Source of the DNA: a virus
Lineage: Duplodnaviria; Caudoviricetes
IMG/VR virus record: IMGVR_UViG_3300037484_000176
Span: 1 to 35,800 of that record
DNA length: 35,800 bases
Strand: one strand, 5' to 3'
Shown here in pieces: positions 31,655 to 35,800 of the stretch; positions within the stretch are counted from its first letter, which is position 1; each line of letters opens with the position of its first letter. Made by a program: the position numbers and the translations under genes. Under the pieces are notes generated by a model that did no database searches, was not told where the DNA came from, and was given only the letters and a program-made list of their open reading frames with translations.

Positions 31655-32929
31655 ATGGCCTCCCAAGGGAAACCCGTCGCCCTGCGCTTTCCGGTAGGGG
31701 TCGACCAGGTATCGGCTGAAACCGACCTGTCGCCCGGCACCGCGCGGCGCATCGTCAACCTCGACATCCACAAGGGCGGCGTTACTCAAAAAGGCGCGGC
31801 CTACGGCGGGCGGCTGTCGCAGCGCAGCGCGGTCAAACTGGCCGTGGCCGGGACCAACACCCACAGCCTGTGGTCGTGCGATTACGCGACGTGCTACGTG
31901 GCGGCAGGGGATCTGATGGCGCTCGACGCCACCCTGACACCGAGCGTCCTGCGCGCCGGAATCGGCAACGCGGAAGTGTTCTGCGTCGAGGTCAATGGCG
32001 TCGTCTACTACAGCAACGGCAGTGTCACCGGCACGATCACGGATGGAATCGACGGCGCATGGGGCATTCCTGTCCCGACTGCGCCGAGCGCCTCCCCGAT
32101 CGCCAGCGGCGGGCTCGCTGCCGGAACCTACATGGTTGCGCTCACCCACCAGGACGCCACCGGGCGCGAGTCCGGCGCATCCGTGGCGGCTGTCGTTCAG
32201 GTGGCAGACGGCGGCGGCATCGCCCTATCTGGCTTGGCCACCCCGGTCGGACATGTCGCCCGCGTCTACGTCACGCCGACCAACGGAGACGCCTTGTACT
32301 GGGCGCAGAACGTGCCCAGCGGCATGGCGACCTCCTACGTCGGAGCGCACCAGCCCGGCAAGCTGCTGGCGACTCAGCACATGGAGCCGCCGGCGCCGGC
32401 AACCCACCTCGAATACTTCAACGGCCGCATCTACGGCGCGGTAGGCAACGCCCTGCTGGCGACCCAGGCGATGAACTACGACCTGACCCGCCCGGCGACC
32501 GACTACGTACTTATGCCTAGCCCGATCACCATGAACAAGGCGGTCGTCGACGGGATGTATGTCGGCAGCCAGTACGGCGTGACGTTCCTCTCCGGTAACG
32601 ACATCGGCCAGTTCGCCCCGCGCAGTGCCGACAAGCTGCCGCCCATCCCCGGATCGGCCATGAAGGTCGATGGCGCGCTGTTCGGCGTGCCAGGTGACGC
32701 CGTGGTGTGGCTGACGCAGCGCGGCTGGGTGCTGGGCGCCGCGAGCGGGCAGACAAAAAGATTGACGGAATCGCAGATGGCACTGCCCAAGTACGACCGG
32801 GCGGCGGGTCTGTTCCGTGAGCATGATGGGCTGCGCCAGTTGGTGACGTTCGTTAAGGGCGGGGGAGAAGCTGCAGGCGCTTCCGACTCGTATGACGTGG
32901 AAATTGTCCGCAACGGACGCATTCTTTGA
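31655..32929 (+). CDS. Tail nozzle/tube-like structural protein
   Basis: 424-aa beta-rich protein after the adaptor; function inferred from position. Confidence 0.7.
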   Translation: MASQGKPVALRFPVGVDQVSAETDLSPGTARRIVNLDIHKGGVTQKGAAYGGRLSQRSAVKLAVAGTNTHSLWSCDYATCYVAAGDLMALDATLTPSVLRAGIGNAEVFCVEVNGVVYYSNGSVTGTITDGIDGAWGIPVPTAPSASPIASGGLAAGTYMVALTHQDATGRESGASVAAVVQVADGGGIALSGLATPVGHVARVYVTPTNGDALYWAQNVPSGMATSYVGAHQPGKLLATQHMEPPAPATHLEYFNGRIYGAVGNALLATQAMNYDLTRPATDYVLMPSPITMNKAVVDGMYVGSQYGVTFLSGNDIGQFAPRSADKLPPIPGSAMKVDGALFGVPGDAVVWLTQRGWVLGAASGQTKRLTESQMALPKYDRAAGLFREHDGLRQLVTFVKGGGEAAGASDSYDVEIVRNGRIL

Positions 32930-32940
32930 TTGGAAAAAGC

Positions 32941-33540
32941 ATGAACATCGATCGTGATTTGCAAAAACATTCCCGCGAATTCGCGACCGCGCTGCGCAAT
33001 CATCAGTACGAAGTTTCTGATGAGGGGATCTACTTCCCCAAGCAAAGAGCGATCGCCCGCGGGGCTTACACTCACAACGTCAACGGTGCCGACGAGCGCA
33101 CGGACGACAATATCGTCGTGACTGAGGGGCTGAACCACATGCTCGACGTGGTGCTGCATGGCGTGACCGCCTTGCCGACGTGGTACTTCGGCCTGTTCTC
33201 GGCCAACTACACGCCGGTTGCGACCTTGACGGCGGCGACCTTCACCGCCGGCGCGACCGAGATCACATCGGATACCGAGGGCTACTCGGAAACCACGCGC
33301 CAGGCATTCGTCGAAGCCGCCGCAGCCGCAGGCAGCATCAACAACACGGCGAGCAAGGCGGCGTTCACCATCGCCACGGCGTCCACGGTAACGGTGTGGG
33401 GTGCGGGCCTGCTGTCTTCCAACGTCAAGGGCGGCACCACTGGCACGCTGATGTCTGCTGCCAAGTTCTCGGCAGCCCGCACGCTGTACGATACCGACGT
33501 GTTCAACCTGGGCTATACTTTGTCCCTTACGAGTAGCTGA
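32941..33540 (+). CDS. Virion structural protein
   Basis: NIVVTEGLNHML...WYFGLF..NYTP...NTASKAAFT...KGGTTGTLMSAAKF; alternative TTG start at 32926. Confidence 0.8.
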   Translation: MNIDRDLQKHSREFATALRNHQYEVSDEGIYFPKQRAIARGAYTHNVNGADERTDDNIVVTEGLNHMLDVVLHGVTALPTWYFGLFSANYTPVATLTAATFTAGATEITSDTEGYSETTRQAFVEAAAAAGSINNTASKAAFTIATASTVTVWGAGLLSSNVKGGTTGTLMSAAKFSAARTLYDTDVFNLGYTLSLTSS

Positions 33541-33547
33541 CATAAAC

Positions 33548-33575
33548 TTGACAGTCGCCGTAGCCATCTTATAAT
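33548..33575 (+). promoter_or_regulatory. Consensus sigma70 promoter
   Basis: TTGACA (33548-33553), 16 bp, TATAAT (33570-33575). Confidence 0.8.
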
Positions 33576-33606
33576 GAATCTTTCCGTTCATTTAGGGAGT
33601 GGTCAC

Positions 33607-34419
33607 ATGAAGTACGCTGCGGCGATTGCTAAGGGGATCATTCGTACTCGCACGGGGGCGTGGCGTATAGGCATGACCACGTACATCCAAGTCGCGTGCA
33701 GTGTGTGTGGCGAAGATTGTTTTGTGGTCAGGCACCTTGCGAAAGAAGGTGTTGCGCCAGTTTGCGGGCAGAAATGCAATGCCAAACGAAAGTCTTTAGC
33801 GCACACCGGGGCCAGGTGTGTGCAAAACGGGTATGTGGTGGTGCATCACTTAGGGCACCCGATGGCGAGTAAAGCCGGCCGTTTATTGGAGCATCGCTTG
33901 GTCATGTCCGAGCATTTGGGTCGATTACTCGAACCCGGTGAGGTTGTCCACCACAAGGACGGAAATCGCAGCAACAACGCGATTGAGAATCTAGAACTGA
34001 TGTCCGGGCACAAAGAGCACGCTGAAGCCCATGCCAAAGAAAGCGAGTTGTACCAGCTCCGGCAACAAGGCAAGTTGCGCTGCTCGGCTTGCAAGGAAGT
34101 GAAGTCGCTGGATAGTTTCGACATCGGCAACACGATGCGCTACGGGCGCAAGAACCAGTGCAAGGAATGCAGGGCCGCGGCCTATCTCAAGGCGCACCCT
34201 GACACCCGCCCGCACGATGTAATCATGCGCGAGCGGCACCAGAACAGGTGGCTTGCTTCGGATGCCTACAAGCTGTTTCTTGCTGGGCAGAAGGTTTGCC
34301 GTCACTGCAACGAGACGAAGCCGATTGACGACTTCTCGCCCTACGCGGGGAACAAGGACGGGCGCATGAGCTACTGCCGCGTGTGCCGTCGCAGCATAGC
34401 GAAAGAGAAAAAAGCATGA
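33607..34419 (+). CDS. HNH endonuclease with multiple CxxC zinc-binding repeats
   Basis: EHRLVMSEHLGR.L..GEVVHHKDGNRSNNAIENLELM; C-terminal CSAC..CKEC and CRHC..CRVC; GGGAG SD before ATG 33607. Confidence 0.92.
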   Translation: MKYAAAIAKGIIRTRTGAWRIGMTTYIQVACSVCGEDCFVVRHLAKEGVAPVCGQKCNAKRKSLAHTGARCVQNGYVVVHHLGHPMASKAGRLLEHRLVMSEHLGRLLEPGEVVHHKDGNRSNNAIENLELMSGHKEHAEAHAKESELYQLRQQGKLRCSACKEVKSLDSFDIGNTMRYGRKNQCKECRAAAYLKAHPDTRPHDVIMRERHQNRWLASDAYKLFLAGQKVCRHCNETKPIDDFSPYAGNKDGRMSYCRVCRRSIAKEKKA

Positions 34420-35800
34420 CCGACGAGCGCGGCGGCCGTTATTTCCGGGAGGCCAGATTCTTTCTGGCCGGGGATAGCCGTACCGCGCAGTCCCATATTC
34501 CTGAAGCGCGCAGCCTCATGGGGCACATGCGCGACATGCAGGCGCTGGGCGGGCCAGCCATTCAGGTCAAGTACTCGACCCTGCAGGACGGCACACAGAT
34601 CAAGGCGAGGATGATGAACGGGCAGTACCAGGCGGTTATCACCTCCCCAGGCTTGGTGCGTAGCGTTGTTCCGCGAGCGTTTCGTGGCGGGATTATCTGC
34701 CGTCCTTGCGCGACGTACCCGTCAGGCACTCCGCTTGCGGCGAACGGCTGGGGTGAGCCATTCACATACGACAGCGATGGGCACACAACGGCAGGGACTG
34801 CAGGGGGCGCACATCCGCATGTGATATTCGATCCGAACGAGACGGGGATGACGAAGCGCTGGCCCGAAATACAGCAGGCGTACCCCAAACTGACGGTCGA
34901 TCCTGTCTACTCGCAGCGCATCGGGTACGGGGGCTATTGGCGCTCAGAAAACTTCGATTATGTGTGGTCGTGGAATGAAGACTATCTCGTGTATCACCGT
35001 GGCAAGCAGGTACGGAATATGTACGCTGACATCCCGGGGACTTCCACGGTTCCGGCGCGAATTTCTGCTGTGGGTGAGTGGACGGAGTATCCCGATGCGG
35101 ACAGCACGGTGGTAGTGCTGTTCGTTCTTGTCAGGCACACAAGCCTAGTCAGCGGGGTGCGGACAAGGCTGATGCGGTACGTGGGAACACGTAGCGGGGA
35201 CGGTGATGGGGTGTCGTTTTCAAGCGTAAGCACTGTCTGGACTTCATCGTCAGCGTACCTTCCTTCCAATGAAAGGGGCGTGTTCAACCTCGCCGGATCG
35301 CGGTGTGTGTTGTGGGAGGGGGGCGACGCGGGCGATGGACCTGTGCCTACTATCTCGGTATTAGACATAGCCGATGCCTTAACCGTGACACCTACGTCGT
35401 ATCCGACACCATCCGACGCGGAGTTGCTGGTTTGGCGCGGTGATGCACCTTGCGTATTACGCGAACTACTTGAGCGGAGTGAGCAGGTCAATCTTGATAC
35501 CAGCGCCGTCACTACGCTTTTCTCTGGGTCATACGTAGATGACGGCGGCGAAGGCAACTACGTACGTAGCGTGTTTACAGCCATACTGGCCGCAGATTTA
35601 TGGGAGGACAAGTATGTAGTGAGGATGGGTGAGCGGGAGAGCATACTCACGCAACCCGATCTGGTCGCGATAGGGAGCTGGTCGTGGACACTGGCTTTTG
35701 TGGTGGGCGGCGTGACCTACCCCTTCCTGCATGACGAAAACAACCCGCCGCTTGCCTATTGGGCCACATCGACTTTTGAATCAAGCATGTGGCATCGGTT
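34416..35800 (+). CDS. Probable tail/receptor-binding protein, 3' end outside window
   Basis: Manual translation MTDERGGRYFREARFFLAGD... stays open to the window edge; ATGA overlap with the HNH stop; codon usage shifts after roughly 75 codons. Confidence 0.75.
   Translation, partial: MTDERGGRYFREARFFLAGDSRTAQSHIPEARSLMGHMRDMQALGGPAIQVKYSTLQDGTQIKARMMNGQYQAVITSPGLVRSVVPRAFRGGIICRPCATYPSGTPLAANGWGEPFTYDSDGHTTAGTAGGAHPHVIFDPNETGMTKRWPEIQQAYPKLTVDPVYSQRIGYGGYWRSENFDYVWSWNEDYLVYHRGKQVRNMYADIPGTSTVPARISAVGEWTEYPDADSTVVVLFVLVRHTSLVSGVRTRLMRYVGTRSGDGDGVSFSSVSTVWTSSSAYLPSNERGVFNLAGSRCVLWEGGDAGDGPVPTISVLDIADALTVTPTSYPTPSDAELLVWRGDAPCVLRELLERSEQVNLDTSAVTTLFSGSYVDDGGEGNYVRSVFTAILAADLWEDKYVVRMGERESILTQPDLVAIGSWSWTLAFVVGGVTYPFLHDENNPPLAYWATSTFESSMWHR

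Larger units (their letters stand above)
1..35800. mobile_element. Temperate tailed phage/prophage segment (lambdoid control region, N4-gp56-type capsid, podovirus-like morphogenesis)
   Basis: Continuous phage gene order: recombination, cI/cro/cII, replication, nin, lysis, terminase, portal, scaffold, capsid, tail. No host genes and no integrase in the window. Confidence 0.97.

Noticed and set aside
34416-35800. Possible diversity-generating retroelement target
   Set aside because: No reverse transcriptase or template/variable repeat pair in the window.

Overview
The whole window is an internal segment of a GC-rich temperate tailed phage or prophage. A betaproteobacterial host is my inference from the protein families. 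No integrase or host junction is present. Gene order: (1) a leftward early arm (amino-methyltransferase, Gp37/Gp68-family gene, KTSC, YqaJ exonuclease plus probable annealase, Ea-like genes); (2) a lambdoid switch (PL, three-gene immunity operon, cI/cro, cII); (3) rightward replication/nin genes (RusA-like, C5-MTase-like, initiator with iterons, DUF6475, DUF1367, DUF1364); (4) a lysis cluster; (5) terS, a six-gene fibre-like module, intein-containing terL and portal; (6) an HNH gene, scaffold, N4-gp56-type major capsid, podovirus-like neck/tail genes, a second HNH gene and a truncated tail gene. Top observations: an integron attC-like site at 438-502 with a matching core-site inverted repeat at 804-812, bracketing a phage early gene like a gene cassette whose ORF is inverted relative to attC polarity; a late promoter motif with identical spacing in three places; signal peptides on fibre-like proteins; a spanin-position protein with a beta-barrel-like C-terminus; an HNH gene that duplicated and recoded the portal 3' end; and apparently leaderless cI and cro. 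Family names come from my motif recognition only; no database search was run.
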